In this document: positions 1 to 9,428 of the stretch, piece by piece | How positions within the stretch are numbered: the first letter of the stretch is position 1 | Layout: every line of letters starts with the position of its first letter | Notes under the pieces: model-generated | The model's database searches: none | Told to the model about the DNA's origin: nothing | Seen by the model: only the letters and a program-made list of their open reading frames with translations | DNA from: Candidatus Delongbacteria bacterium | GTDB lineage: Bacteria; UBA4055 | Reading direction: 5' to 3' | DNA: 52,471 nt | NCBI GenBank assembly: GCA_016937995.1 | Contig: JAFGVM010000061.1 | Coordinates: forward strand, 1-52,471 | Translations under genes and position numbers: made by a program

Positions 1-6
1 AACGTG

Positions 7-80
7 TGGCAAAACGCCATATGGCGGTTTGCTGTCCAGTTCGTGCGTAAGAAAGTTGGCAAAACGCCATATGGCGTTTT
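7..80. repeat. Two direct copies of a REP-like palindrome (TGGCAAAACGCCATATGGCG), 50 bp apart
   Basis: Identical 20-mer at 7-26 and 57-76 containing the palindrome CGCCATATGGCG; the second copy extends to AAAACGCCATATGGCGTTTT. Confidence 0.8.
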
Positions 81-269
81 TTTCTACTGTGTCAGCATAT
101 TTTATAATTTTTTAATCACTACATTGTAGTGAAAATTATTGACTTCTGCAAGTGGAATTAAATTAGAATTTAGAAATCAGAAATTTGAGTAAGAAAAAAA
201 TGTCATAAACCGTCATAATTATGTCTTAAATAGCAGGAATTCCATAGCTGTTCAGCTACAAATTATTTT

Positions 270-285
270 TGGCACACAAGTTGCA
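270..285 (+). promoter_or_regulatory. Sigma54 (-24/-12) promoter of clpB
   Basis: TGGCAC-ACAAG-TTGCA is an exact match to TGGCAC-N5-TTGCW, about 90 bp upstream of the clpB ATG. Confidence 0.75.
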
Positions 286-295
286 ATAATAAAAA

Positions 296-363
296 GTTGT
301 GAGTCTCGGGTCTCGGGTTGTGAGTTGACCCAAAACTCAAGACTCAAGACCCATGACCCAAAA
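296..363 (+). repeat. Heptamer tandem/inverted repeat hairpin in the clpB 5' UTR
   Basis: Units GAGTCTC GGGTCTC GGGTTGT GAGTTGA followed by complementary-type units CCCAAAA CTCAAGA CTCAAGA CCCATGA CCCAAAA. Confidence 0.75.
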
Positions 364-377
364 TAAAGGAGAAAACT

Positions 378-2933
378 ATGAACAGTGAAAATATGACGAT
401 TAAAGTGCAGGAGTATCTGAATGAATCAGTTAAAACAGCGAAAGAATATAATGCTGCTGAAGTAACCGAGCTTCATTTCTTTGAAAAAATACTTCAGGAA
501 GAAAATATTATCACAACTCTGATAAAAAGGATAGGAGTTGATATATCTATTATAGCTGGTAAAGTTCAGACTGAGCTATCAAAACTGGCAAAAGTTAATT
601 CTGTTGCTACAAGTCTATATCTTTCATCTCAATTCAATAATATTCTTGAATCATCTTCTAAGCTGGCAGAGAAAATGGGGGATGAGTATGTAAGTTTAGA
701 GCATATTTTTCTTTCAATACTATCTGAGAAAAAAAGCAGTCTGTACAAAATTTTTAAGGATCTTAATATAGATCATGATACAGTTCTTAAACTTTTAAAA
801 TCAGTAAGAGGAAATCAAAAAGTTAAAGATTCTGATCCTGAAGCGAAATATGAAGTATTAAAGAAATATACCAGAGACTTAAATGAATTAGCTGAAAAAG
901 AAAAGCTTGATCCTGTGATAGGCAGAGATACAGAGATCAGGAGAGTTTTACAGATATTGACAAGAAGAACAAAAAACAACCCTGTATTGATCGGAGAACC
1001 GGGTACAGGTAAAACCGCTATTGCAGAAGGTATCGCTCACAGAATAATAAGAAAAGATGTGCCTGATAATCTTAAGGATAAGAGGATCATCGCATTGGAC
1101 CTTGCAGCTTTGATAGCCGGTGCAAAGTTCAGAGGTGAATTTGAAGAAAGACTGAAAGCTGTATTAAAGGAAGTTGAAGCTTCAGAAGGAAAACTCATAT
1201 TATTTATTGATGAGCTACACACATTAGTTGGTGCAGGTGCAGCTCAGGGGTCTATGGATGCATCAAATATGCTCAAACCTGCATTGGCAAGAGGAGAGAT
1301 AAAGGTAATAGGTGCAACAACAGTTTCAGAGTATCGGAAGTATATTGAAAAGGATGCTGCTTTTGAAAGAAGATTTCAACCTGTTATGATCGATGAACCT
1401 TCTATAGAGGACACAATATCTATATTAAGAGGAATAAAGGATAAATATGAAGTTCATCACGGTGTAAGGATCGCTGACAGTGCCCTGATATCTGCAGCAA
1501 AATTGTCGGCTAGATATATTTCAGACAGGTTTTTACCTGATAAAGCAATTGATCTTATTGATGAATCAGCTGCAAAATTGAAACTTGAAATAGAATCAAT
1601 GCCTGAAGAAATTGAGATCATACAAAGAAAGATCATTCAGCTGGAGATAGAGAAACAAGCGGTAAGCAAAGAAAAAGACAAAAGATCTAAGGACAGATAT
1701 GAACATATTAAGGAAGAGATAGCGAATCTTAAAGCTGAAGCTGATGAATTGAAAGTTCACTGGGAACAGGAAAAGAAATTTATCTCTGTTATTAGAGAGG
1801 GTACAAAGAAGATAGATGATCTTAAGAATGAGGAATCTATTGCAGAAAGGAACGGAGAGCTTGAAAAAGTTTCAAAATTGAGATATCAGGAGATACCGAA
1901 GATCAAGAAAACCATCGATGAAGCTACTGAAAATCTTGAAAAGTTTCAATCCGGTAAAAAAATGTTAAGAGAAGAGATCGGAGAGAATGAGATCGCTGAA
2001 ATTATATCAAGATGGACTCATATCCCTGTGAATAAACTTCTTGAAAGTGAGAAAGATAAACTCTTGAAAATGGAAGAACTTCTTACTTTGAGAGTAAAGG
2101 GTCAGGAAGAAGCTGTTCAGACAGTTTCGGAAGCTCTAAGAAGGAACCGGGCAGGTCTTCAGGACCCTAACAGACCGATCGCATCATTTATATTCCTCGG
2201 CTCGACAGGCGTGGGTAAAACTGAATTAGCTAAAGCTCTGGCTGAATTTATGTTCGACAGTGATGAGGCTATGGTAAGAATAGATATGAGTGAGTATATG
2301 GAATCTCATTCTGTAAGCAGGTTGATCGGTCCTCCTCCGGGATATGTCGGATATGATGAAGGAGGTCAATTGACAGATGCTGTCAGAAAAAAGCCGTTCT
2401 CTATAGTCCTATTTGATGAGATCGAAAAAGCTCATCCTCAGGTTTTCAATATTTTACTGCAGGTACTGGATGATGGGAGATTGACAGATAACAAAGGAAG
2501 AACTGTTAATTTTAAAAATACCATAATAATAATGACATCTAACTTAGGTTCAGAACTTTTTGCTAATATTGATTCAGTCACCGATGAGAAAAAAAAGGAA
2601 CTTGAAAAACTGATCAAAGGTCATTTAAAGCCTGAATTTGTGAACAGGCTTGATGATATCATTGTTTTCAATAAGTTGAACAGGGATATTATTTATGAAA
2701 TAGCTGAGAGATTGCTCAGTGATGTAAACAGGAGACTTGCTGACAGAGATATCAAAATAACTATAGATGAAGAATCAAAGAAATTGTTAGCTGAGAAGGG
2801 ATATGACAGCACATACGGGGCAAGACCTCTTAAAAGGCTCATAGAAAAAACTGTACTGAATAATCTTTCTGTGAAAATACTGAAAGGTGATGTACGTGAG
2901 GGGCAAATAGTAAACCTAATAGATCTGATCTAA
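378..2933 (+). CDS. clpB: ATP-dependent chaperone ClpB
   Basis: Clp N-domain, two AAA+ modules ([28 protein letters not shown]), long coiled-coil M domain, GYVGY and YGARPL motifs; SD AAGGAG. Confidence 0.97.
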   Translation: MNSENMTIKVQEYLNESVKTAKEYNAAEVTELHFFEKILQEENIITTLIKRIGVDISIIAGKVQTELSKLAKVNSVATSLYLSSQFNNILESSSKLAEKMGDEYVSLEHIFLSILSEKKSSLYKIFKDLNIDHDTVLKLLKSVRGNQKVKDSDPEAKYEVLKKYTRDLNELAEKEKLDPVIGRDTEIRRVLQILTRRTKNNPVLIGEPGTGKTAIAEGIAHRIIRKDVPDNLKDKRIIALDLAALIAGAKFRGEFEERLKAVLKEVEASEGKLILFIDELHTLVGAGAAQGSMDASNMLKPALARGEIKVIGATTVSEYRKYIEKDAAFERRFQPVMIDEPSIEDTISILRGIKDKYEVHHGVRIADSALISAAKLSARYISDRFLPDKAIDLIDESAAKLKLEIESMPEEIEIIQRKIIQLEIEKQAVSKEKDKRSKDRYEHIKEEIANLKAEADELKVHWEQEKKFISVIREGTKKIDDLKNEESIAERNGELEKVSKLRYQEIPKIKKTIDEATENLEKFQSGKKMLREEIGENEIAEIISRWTHIPVNKLLESEKDKLLKMEELLTLRVKGQEEAVQTVSEALRRNRAGLQDPNRPIASFIFLGSTGVGKTELAKALAEFMFDSDEAMVRIDMSEYMESHSVSRLIGPPPGYVGYDEGGQLTDAVRKKPFSIVLFDEIEKAHPQVFNILLQVLDDGRLTDNKGRTVNFKNTIIIMTSNLGSELFANIDSVTDEKKKELEKLIKGHLKPEFVNRLDDIIVFNKLNRDIIYEIAERLLSDVNRRLADRDIKITIDEESKKLLAEKGYDSTYGARPLKRLIEKTVLNNLSVKILKGDVREGQIVNLIDLI

Positions 2934-3038
2934 TATCTAAGTAATTCGGGTAAATTGAAGAAAAATATGAGGAACAATCTTAATTTGAAAATTGTATAAT
3001 TTCGGAATTGATAATAAAAATCAACAAAGGAGTTCAAA

Positions 3039-4535
3039 ATGAAAATTCTAAAAAATCTTACCATGGTAATAATATTTATTATGCTTGGTGTTTTATTGAC
3101 GGCAAAGTTTGATCTAACTGATGATGTTTCTGCGGGAATCTCAACTAATGACAATGTGTACAGTGATGAAAACGGTCACAGTAAATTTGCAGTTATAGCA
3201 AAATCGGTTATGCCGGCAGTAGTAAATATTAAGGTTGAAAGAAGTTTTGAATACAATTATACATCTCCATTTGACAGATTTTTTAATTCCGATCCTTTTC
3301 TGGATGATTTTTTTGGAGGGCGGAGAGCTCAACCTAGACAAAAAACAAAAAAGCAGATACAAAAAGCCGAAGGGTCCGGATTCGTTTATTCAACCGATGG
3401 TTATATAATGACAAATAATCATGTTGTTGAAAAGGCTGATAAAATAGTTGTGAGATTTAGTAATGGTGATGAGGTAGAGGCAAAAATAATCGGTACGGAT
3501 CCTGAAACCGATCTTGCAGTAATTAAAGTTGATAAGGAATTTAACAAGGAAAATATTCTTGAATTGGGAGATTCCGATGAACTGTGGGTCGGTGACTGGG
3601 TAATAGCAATAGGTTCTCCTTACAGTCTTGAAAAAACCGTAACAGTCGGAGTAGTAAGTGCAAAAGACAGATCAGGTCTGGGAATAATGGGTGGTCCGGT
3701 ATTCCAGGATTTTATACAAACAGATGCTGCTATTAATCCGGGTAACAGTGGAGGACCTTTATTGAACATCAGTGGAAAGGTGATAGGTATCAATGCAGCT
3801 GTAAATTCTCAAGCTCAGGGTATAGGATTTGCGATTCCGATTAACCTTGCCAGAAAGATAACAACAAATCTGAAAGATGACGGTATAGTTAAAAGAGCTT
3901 ATCTGGGAATACTTCCTAAAGATATTTCAAATGGAGAAAAAGAGATACTTGGATTGAATGAAGATCAAAACGGCATACTGGTAGCAACTGTTGAAAAAGA
4001 TACACCGGCTGAAGAATCAGGTCTTCAGGCTGATGATATTATTATAGAGATGAATGGTAAACCTATAGAGACTCTGGATAAGTTCAGATTCGAACTTGCT
4101 GCTTTTAAACCGGGAGAAAAGATCAAATTTTTGGTATTGAGAGATGGAAAAGAAAAATCCTTCAGTGTAAAACTTGGAGACAGAAGTGAATTACTCGGAT
4201 TGAATAAGGATGACGGTGATAATTCAGAAAAAAATGAAAGTGAGGATTTGTTAGGTCTTTCTTTGCAAAATGTTGATGACCAGATAAAAGATAAGTATAA
4301 ATTAAGAATCGATAATGGTGTCATTGTTACTAATGTGGATGATAACTCACAATTATATGGAAAGTTAACAGCCGGTGATGTTGTCACTAAAGTAATAATT
4401 GCAGGTATACAATATAAGATAGATTCGATAAAAGACTTTAAAAAAGTGGCAAAAATAATAAAAGATAAAAATGTAAATTATATAATAAAGTACTTGAGAA
4501 ACGGAAGAAAAGAGTATATACTGATAAAGCAATAA
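3039..4535 (+). CDS. degP: DegP/HtrA (Do-family) serine protease with two PDZ domains
   Basis: N-terminal signal/anchor, TNNHVV, DLAVIK, TDAAINPGNSGGPL catalytic motifs, two C-terminal PDZ-like domains. Confidence 0.93.
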   Translation: MKILKNLTMVIIFIMLGVLLTAKFDLTDDVSAGISTNDNVYSDENGHSKFAVIAKSVMPAVVNIKVERSFEYNYTSPFDRFFNSDPFLDDFFGGRRAQPRQKTKKQIQKAEGSGFVYSTDGYIMTNNHVVEKADKIVVRFSNGDEVEAKIIGTDPETDLAVIKVDKEFNKENILELGDSDELWVGDWVIAIGSPYSLEKTVTVGVVSAKDRSGLGIMGGPVFQDFIQTDAAINPGNSGGPLLNISGKVIGINAAVNSQAQGIGFAIPINLARKITTNLKDDGIVKRAYLGILPKDISNGEKEILGLNEDQNGILVATVEKDTPAEESGLQADDIIIEMNGKPIETLDKFRFELAAFKPGEKIKFLVLRDGKEKSFSVKLGDRSELLGLNKDDGDNSEKNESEDLLGLSLQNVDDQIKDKYKLRIDNGVIVTNVDDNSQLYGKLTAGDVVTKVIIAGIQYKIDSIKDFKKVAKIIKDKNVNYIIKYLRNGRKEYILIKQ

Positions 4536-4571
4536 ATTATTGCCTACCATAAATCAGTAGAGGAATGCTCT

Positions 4572-5432
4572 GTGTCAAAAAATAACGGACTTGGTAAGAC
4601 CAGTCATCTTTTGGACAAGTATTTACAGGAGATCGGCAGAGAAGATCTGATCTCTGCCGAAGAAGAAGTGATTCTTGCTCAAAAAATGAAAATTGGCGGT
4701 AAGCAGGGAGAGATGGCTTTAGAGAAGATGGTCAGAGCCAACTTGAGATTTGTAGTTTCAGTTGCAAAACAGTATCAGAGTCAGGGTTTAAGTTTAAGTG
4801 ATCTGATAAATGAAGGAAATATGGGACTGATAAAAGCTGCAAAAAGGTTTGACGAAACTAAAGGTTTTAAATTTATTTCTTATGCAGTTTGGTGGATCAG
4901 ACAGGCAATTTTACAAGCCTTAGCTGAGCAGTCAAGAGTTGTAAGGTTGCCACTTAACAAGGTCGGAGCTTTGAATAAGATCAGTAAGATAAAAGCTGAT
5001 CTTGAGAAAAAGTATGAACGGGAACCAACATCTGAAGAGATAGCTCAGGCACTTGAGACAACGGAGTTAGAGATCAGTGACACTTTGAAGATCTCAGGGA
5101 AGCATTTATCGATCGATGCCCAGTTCAATGATACTGATGATAATACTTTACTCGATATTTTGAAAGATGACAAAGAACCTCTGCCTGATAAAGAATTGTT
5201 CGATGATTCTTTGAAAGAGGAGATCGAGAGTGCTTTGGATTCGCTCACAGTAAGAGAGAGAGAAGTTATTGTTCTGTATTTTGGTATTGGTCAGGACAAT
5301 TCGATGACTTTAGAGGAAATAGGAATGAAATTCGGACTTACAAGAGAAAGGGTGCGACAGATAAAAGAAAAAGCGATTAGAAGATTGAGGCATGCTTCTA
5401 GATCAAAAATGTTAAGGGATTATTTGGGATAA
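4572..5432 (+). CDS. RpoD/SigA-family sigma-70 factor, short form lacking region 1.1
   Basis: [37 protein letters not shown]...LTRERVRQI motifs; 286 aa; GTG start after AGAGGA. Confidence 0.93.
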   Translation: MSKNNGLGKTSHLLDKYLQEIGREDLISAEEEVILAQKMKIGGKQGEMALEKMVRANLRFVVSVAKQYQSQGLSLSDLINEGNMGLIKAAKRFDETKGFKFISYAVWWIRQAILQALAEQSRVVRLPLNKVGALNKISKIKADLEKKYEREPTSEEIAQALETTELEISDTLKISGKHLSIDAQFNDTDDNTLLDILKDDKEPLPDKELFDDSLKEEIESALDSLTVREREVIVLYFGIGQDNSMTLEEIGMKFGLTRERVRQIKEKAIRRLRHASRSKMLRDYLG

Positions 5433-5452
5433 TAAACATAGGATGAGTAATT

Positions 5453-5710
5453 ATGGAAGAGAAAAAAACAAAAAAGAAAGTAGATATGGTGACAGTTATT
5501 TCTGTTATTCTGGTTACAACAATAATTTGTTTATTCAATTCATGGCTATACTACAACAAAAGGATCGAAAATATTAAAAAGAATAATGAAGTAAAGTCAA
5601 GGGTACTTAAAACTACTATAGAGCAGCTTAATAAAAAGAATCAGGACCTTCAGTTAACTCTGGATAAACTGAATGCCGATGTTCAAAAAGCTCTGGAAGA
5701 GAATCAATAA
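5453..5710 (+). CDS. Small membrane-anchored coiled-coil protein
   Basis: Basic N-terminus, one hydrophobic helix, heptad-like C-terminus; AGGA SD; follows the sigma gene by 20 bp. Confidence 0.65.
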   Translation: MEEKKTKKKVDMVTVISVILVTTIICLFNSWLYYNKRIENIKKNNEVKSRVLKTTIEQLNKKNQDLQLTLDKLNADVQKALEENQ

Positions 5711-6420
5711 GTAATTATGTCTTCGAGCATTATGTTCATATTTGGGGAGAAATCTTTTCGATCAGGATTTTCTTTATAAAAGAATGTGTGGTCGTTACCA
5801 TCCATATCAGAGAATTTGAGAATAATACTTTCCAGATAGAAGTTTTCGTTAAGCCGGTCTTTTTTACCGGCTTTTTTATTATAAATGTGATCCCCTGTTA
5901 ATGGTAACCCAAGATCAGCAAGCATAACTCTGATCTGATGCATACGACCGGTAATAAGCCTTACAAGAATATTATATCTGTCCTTTTTGTTATCGGTCGG
6001 TTCAATACATAAAATATCAAGAAATGAAGGTTTCCCACCACTTCTTACAATTACTGCTTTATTTCCATCTACCTTTAAAAATCGTTTATGTGTTCCCTGT
6101 AAAGTACCGATCTCTTTGTTATGGTTATCAATGCAGGCAACATAATATTTTTGAAAATTGATACTTTTGATCTGCTCGTTATAGAAAGCTATTGACTCAC
6201 TGTTCAATGCAACTAATAATAATCCTGATGTGATCCTGTCCAATCTGTGTGGGAAATACAATTCATTCACTCCGAGATGTTCTTTAAGCATGCTTTCTAA
6301 AGAAGAACCCTTTACATCATCACTGAGCTGCGTAGCTATACCCGATGGTTTGAAGACAACTATCTCATTTTCAGTTTGATGCAGTATTTTTATTTTGTTT
6401 TTTTGCATTTTCATTCTCAT
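5704..6420 (-). CDS. RluA-family RNA pseudouridine synthase
   Basis: KPSG, HRLDRITSG (catalytic Asp) and TGRMHQIRV motifs. Exact start uncertain (three nearby Met). Confidence 0.88.
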   Translation of the reverse strand: MRMKMQKNKIKILHQTENEIVVFKPSGIATQLSDDVKGSSLESMLKEHLGVNELYFPHRLDRITSGLLLVALNSESIAFYNEQIKSINFQKYYVACIDNHNKEIGTLQGTHKRFLKVDGNKAVIVRSGGKPSFLDILCIEPTDNKKDRYNILVRLITGRMHQIRVMLADLGLPLTGDHIYNKKAGKKDRLNENFYLESIILKFSDMDGNDHTFFYKENPDRKDFSPNMNIMLEDIITY

Positions 6421-6438
6421 TTACATAAGCAGGGATAA

Positions 6439-6510
6439 TGTCATATTCGGACTTGATCCGGATATCTACAACAATAGATATAGATCCCCGTGTCAAGCAC
6501 GAGGATGACA
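6439..6510. repeat. TGTCA...TGACA bipartite palindromic element
   Basis: TGTCATATTCGGACTTGATCCGGATATCT ... AGATCCCCGTGTCAAGCACGAGGATGACA; the arms are imperfect inverted repeats and each has an internal hairpin. Confidence 0.8.
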
Positions 6511-6520
6511 GCAAATATTA

Positions 6521-7537
6521 TTAAAACAGGCGGTTCTTCCATGTTTCAGGTGTCTTTTCGTTTATTATTTCAAGGTCAAGATGATATTTGAAGGGTTTTA
6601 CACCTCTTTGTTTTATATGATCTATCATACTTTGAAGACCGTCTTTAAGTTTTATCTTAGGGTCATAATTGAACATATTACGGGCTTTATCTGCAGAACA
6701 ATTTGCTAATAGGACTTCCTGAGGTCTTGATCTCTTATATAAAGGTTCAAGTTTGAAATCTAATAGACCGGCAATTGTTTGTGCAAGTTGATTAATTGAA
6801 ATAAATTCGTCATCAGGGCCAATATTTATAACTTCTCCAACGGCTTCATTCTCAAAGGCTAACCGATATAAAATATCTATATCATCCTGAATAAAGCTGA
6901 AACACCGTTTTTGTTCACCGTCACCATAGATTATCGGCTGCCGTCCCTGAAGCATCAGGTTTATCATGATGCTTGCCACATTTCTGTAAGGGTCATCATA
7001 TTTTTGTCTGGGACCGATGATATTATGCGGTACGGCAATTACATATTCCATACCGTGAATATCACATAGATTTTTCAGGAACAACTCGGTAGAATGTTTC
7101 CCGATACCGTACGGATCCTGAGGTGAAGGTGTCATATCTTCTGTAAATGGAACGAATTCCTGTGTTCCGTACCTCGCCATAGAGGAACAGAAAACAAATC
7201 GTTTTGCTTTATTCGCAATGGCTGCAGTGATCAGTGAAACAGATGACTGAACAATATTCTTAGTTATAAAGAAGGGGCTGAATACACTTAGTCCTTCATA
7301 GGCAGTAGCTGCACAATGAAAAATGATGTCACAGTCTCTGGTGATCTTGACTATAGAATTATGAAAGTTGAGATCATACTGGTAGAATTCCACTTCAGAA
7401 GGTACGTTATCAAGGTAACCTCCGAGAAGATTATCACAACCGACAACTTTGTAACCGTCAGATATGAATCTATCTGCCAAATGACTTCCAAGGAAGCCAG
7501 CTACTCCGCTGATGAATATTTTAGGTTTCTTTTTCAT
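6521..7537 (-). CDS. NAD-dependent epimerase/dehydratase (extended SDR)
   Basis: GVAGFLG Rossmann motif, SS, YGIGK catalytic motif, GDGEQKRCF. Confidence 0.9.
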   Translation of the reverse strand: MKKKPKIFISGVAGFLGSHLADRFISDGYKVVGCDNLLGGYLDNVPSEVEFYQYDLNFHNSIVKITRDCDIIFHCAATAYEGLSVFSPFFITKNIVQSSVSLITAAIANKAKRFVFCSSMARYGTQEFVPFTEDMTPSPQDPYGIGKHSTELFLKNLCDIHGMEYVIAVPHNIIGPRQKYDDPYRNVASIMINLMLQGRQPIIYGDGEQKRCFSFIQDDIDILYRLAFENEAVGEVINIGPDDEFISINQLAQTIAGLLDFKLEPLYKRSRPQEVLLANCSADKARNMFNYDPKIKLKDGLQSMIDHIKQRGVKPFKYHLDLEIINEKTPETWKNRLF

Positions 7538-7548
7538 AGTGCCTCTTC

Positions 7549-7613
7549 TGTCATTGCGGTCTCCGATCCGGAATCTAATCCCGATTTATCGGGAGAATCA
7601 AGTTCAGAATGAC
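7549..7613. repeat. TGTCA...TGAC palindromic element with nested TCCCGATTTATCGGGA
   Basis: TGTCATTGCGGTCTCCGATCCGGAATCT, then the 16-bp palindrome at 7579-7594, then GAATCAAGTTCAGAATGAC. Confidence 0.75.
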
Positions 7614-7617
7614 GGGT

Positions 7618-8646
7618 TTAGATAACTTCTAATCTTAATATTTTCTTCCTGATACTCGCAAGTCTTGGTATTTCCATCATTTTCGGATAATCTTTTTCAA
7701 CCATGGACAGATAGCTTTTATACCAGAAAAGGAAATCTTCATGCTCCATATAATTCTTCAGTCCTTTTTTATTGAAATACCAGGGTTTAAATCCGGAGTA
7801 ATGACATCCGCAAAGATACTTCAATCCGGGATATCCGTTGAATGAACTGAATTTTATATCAATACTTTTCCACTGTCCCGACCATCTGATAGTGAAATAC
7901 TGCATGTCTGGCCATTTGAAAAGATCTCCGACAAGTTTTTTTATCTCAGGTCGTTCAACATCTTTCACTATACTTTCAAGTTCTTTCTTCGAAGTATCAA
8001 ATACATAGATAGATCCATTCAGTCCAAGATTTGCAACATCATACAGAGGTCTGTCAGTTATTTCTTTAGGAATATCAGCACCGTGAGGAGCATCAGGTTC
8101 ATATCTTTTATGCCAGTTCCATTTGCCTTCATTTTCAATTGACTCAGGATAGACATACTTCCCGTTCTCGTCCCATTCAAGACAATTTGATTTTTTTTCA
8201 TTCAGCATACCTGCAGGAGCTCCGATATTGAAGAGTGAATCATAATGTCTCAATGGATAAACATCTGCATCCAGGATACATATCCTTTCATAGTTCAAAC
8301 CATATCCACCATCAGGACCAAGCAGTAAAGAATTAAGTCTTGTAAACCATAGAGGTCTGTCCTCTCTTCCTTTTCGTTCTTTGTGAGGAACGAATATTCT
8401 TTTCACTCTGATAACATGATCATAGATCATTTTCAAAGGTTTTATAGTTTCTTCATCTATCTCTTCAGTGACCATGCAAACAGTATCAGCCTGTGAATTC
8501 TGTTTTTTCAAACCATAAGCTAATAACAATGTTGAAGCAAGATAGCTGTCATTCATCATCAGGAATGTAACGAAAGCGAACCTTGATGAACCATCAGGTC
8601 GCTTCATGTTTTCTGGTGCTTTGAATTGTGAGAAGAAGTCTTTCAT
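7618..8646 (-). CDS. Glycosyltransferase family 8 (glycogenin-like)
   Basis: AFVTFLMMNDSY, FTRL, LDAD (DxD), LNGS, DMQ, HYSGFKPW motifs. Start moved to 8646 because the ORF-track extension lies inside a repeat. Confidence 0.8.
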   Translation of the reverse strand: MKDFFSQFKAPENMKRPDGSSRFAFVTFLMMNDSYLASTLLLAYGLKKQNSQADTVCMVTEEIDEETIKPLKMIYDHVIRVKRIFVPHKERKGREDRPLWFTRLNSLLLGPDGGYGLNYERICILDADVYPLRHYDSLFNIGAPAGMLNEKKSNCLEWDENGKYVYPESIENEGKWNWHKRYEPDAPHGADIPKEITDRPLYDVANLGLNGSIYVFDTSKKELESIVKDVERPEIKKLVGDLFKWPDMQYFTIRWSGQWKSIDIKFSSFNGYPGLKYLCGCHYSGFKPWYFNKKGLKNYMEHEDFLFWYKSYLSMVEKDYPKMMEIPRLASIRKKILRLEVI

Positions 8647-8666
8647 ATTGTATTTTTGTCTTTTAT

Positions 8667-8757
8667 AAAAGTCACATTGAGTTTGCCTGCTCCGATTCAT
8701 CGGAGAAATGTCAGACTTTTGAAATCAAGTCTTAGTCTTCGATTAACTCAGACTGAC
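8667..8757 (-). repeat. MITE-like element (inverted copy of 40654-40733) with nested CCGATGAATCGG insert
   Basis: Reverse complement begins GTCAGTCTGAGTTAATCGAAGACTAAGAC, nearly identical to 40654-40682, and ends AACTCAATGTGACTTTT. Confidence 0.85.
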
Positions 8758-8763
8758 TTGATT

Positions 8764-9174
8764 TTATCCTATCGATCGTAAGTAATCTTCAAGTATTACC
8801 TGAGCAGCCAGGGCATCTATTCTTTCTTTATTCTTTCCTGTTTTCTGTCCCATTTCGTGAATTATCTGATGGGCTCTTACAGTTGAAAAACTTTCATCGA
8901 AAAGAACTATTTCTAATCCAAGTTCTTTCAACTTCTCTGCAAATTTCTCAACGTGTTCAGTTTTTTTTGTTTTCTGACCATCTAATCCCATAGGGTGACC
9001 AAGAATTATCAATTCCACTTCATTTTCAATGATAATTTTTTTAAGTTCTTTTATAATATTATCATCACCCATATTCTTTATTGTTTTGAAAGGTGATGAA
9101 ATTATCTGCATAGGGTCAGTCATAGCTAAACCTATACGAACTTCACCGTGATCTATTGAAAGTATTCTGGACAT
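8764..9174 (-). CDS. ruvX: RuvX/YqgF RNase H-fold nuclease (pre-16S rRNA processing)
   Basis: ILSIDHGEVRIGLA, DESFST, IDALAAQVILEDYL. Confidence 0.92.
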   Translation of the reverse strand: MSRILSIDHGEVRIGLAMTDPMQIISSPFKTIKNMGDDNIIKELKKIIIENEVELIILGHPMGLDGQKTKKTEHVEKFAEKLKELGLEIVLFDESFSTVRAHQIIHEMGQKTGKNKERIDALAAQVILEDYLRSIG

Positions 9175-9231
9175 TTTGTTTTCTAAGTTTATTAATACAA
9201 GCGGAATATATTAAAAAAAGACATTTTTTAC

Positions 9232-9318
9232 AACATCCAATATTCAACAAGGAATGTTCAATATCCAAGGGGTTGTGTCAACTACACCCGAAAAAGACGC
9301 GATAAATCGCATCTGTAC
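9232..9318 (+). repeat. Composite intergenic repeat (AATATCCAA-type motif, degenerate GGGG..CCC hairpin, AGACGCG hairpin)
   Basis: AACATCCAATATTCAACAAGGAATGTTCAATATCCAAG, then GGGTTGTGTCAACTACACCC, then AGACGCGATAAATCGCATCT. Confidence 0.7.
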
Positions 9319-9428
9319 GGAAAGTATACGATTTATTTTTGTTGATTAATTCAAGAATTATTGCTACTTTAGAAGTGAGTTATTATATAAAAAAGATTTT
9401 TTATTCTACAAATATTTCGGAGGCTAGC

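Noticed and set aside
7-80. CRISPR array
   Set aside because: Only two copies, a 20-bp repeat with 50-bp period, no cas genes; the sequence fits a REP-like palindrome better.
262-292. CIRCE/HrcA operator before clpB
   Set aside because: TTGGCAC resembles the left arm, but the right arm GAGTGCTAA is absent; the sigma54 consensus fits exactly.
6439-8757. Integron cassette array (palindromes between co-oriented genes)
   Set aside because: No RYYYAAC/GTTRRRY attC boxes, no integrase, and the same repeats occur between core housekeeping genes.
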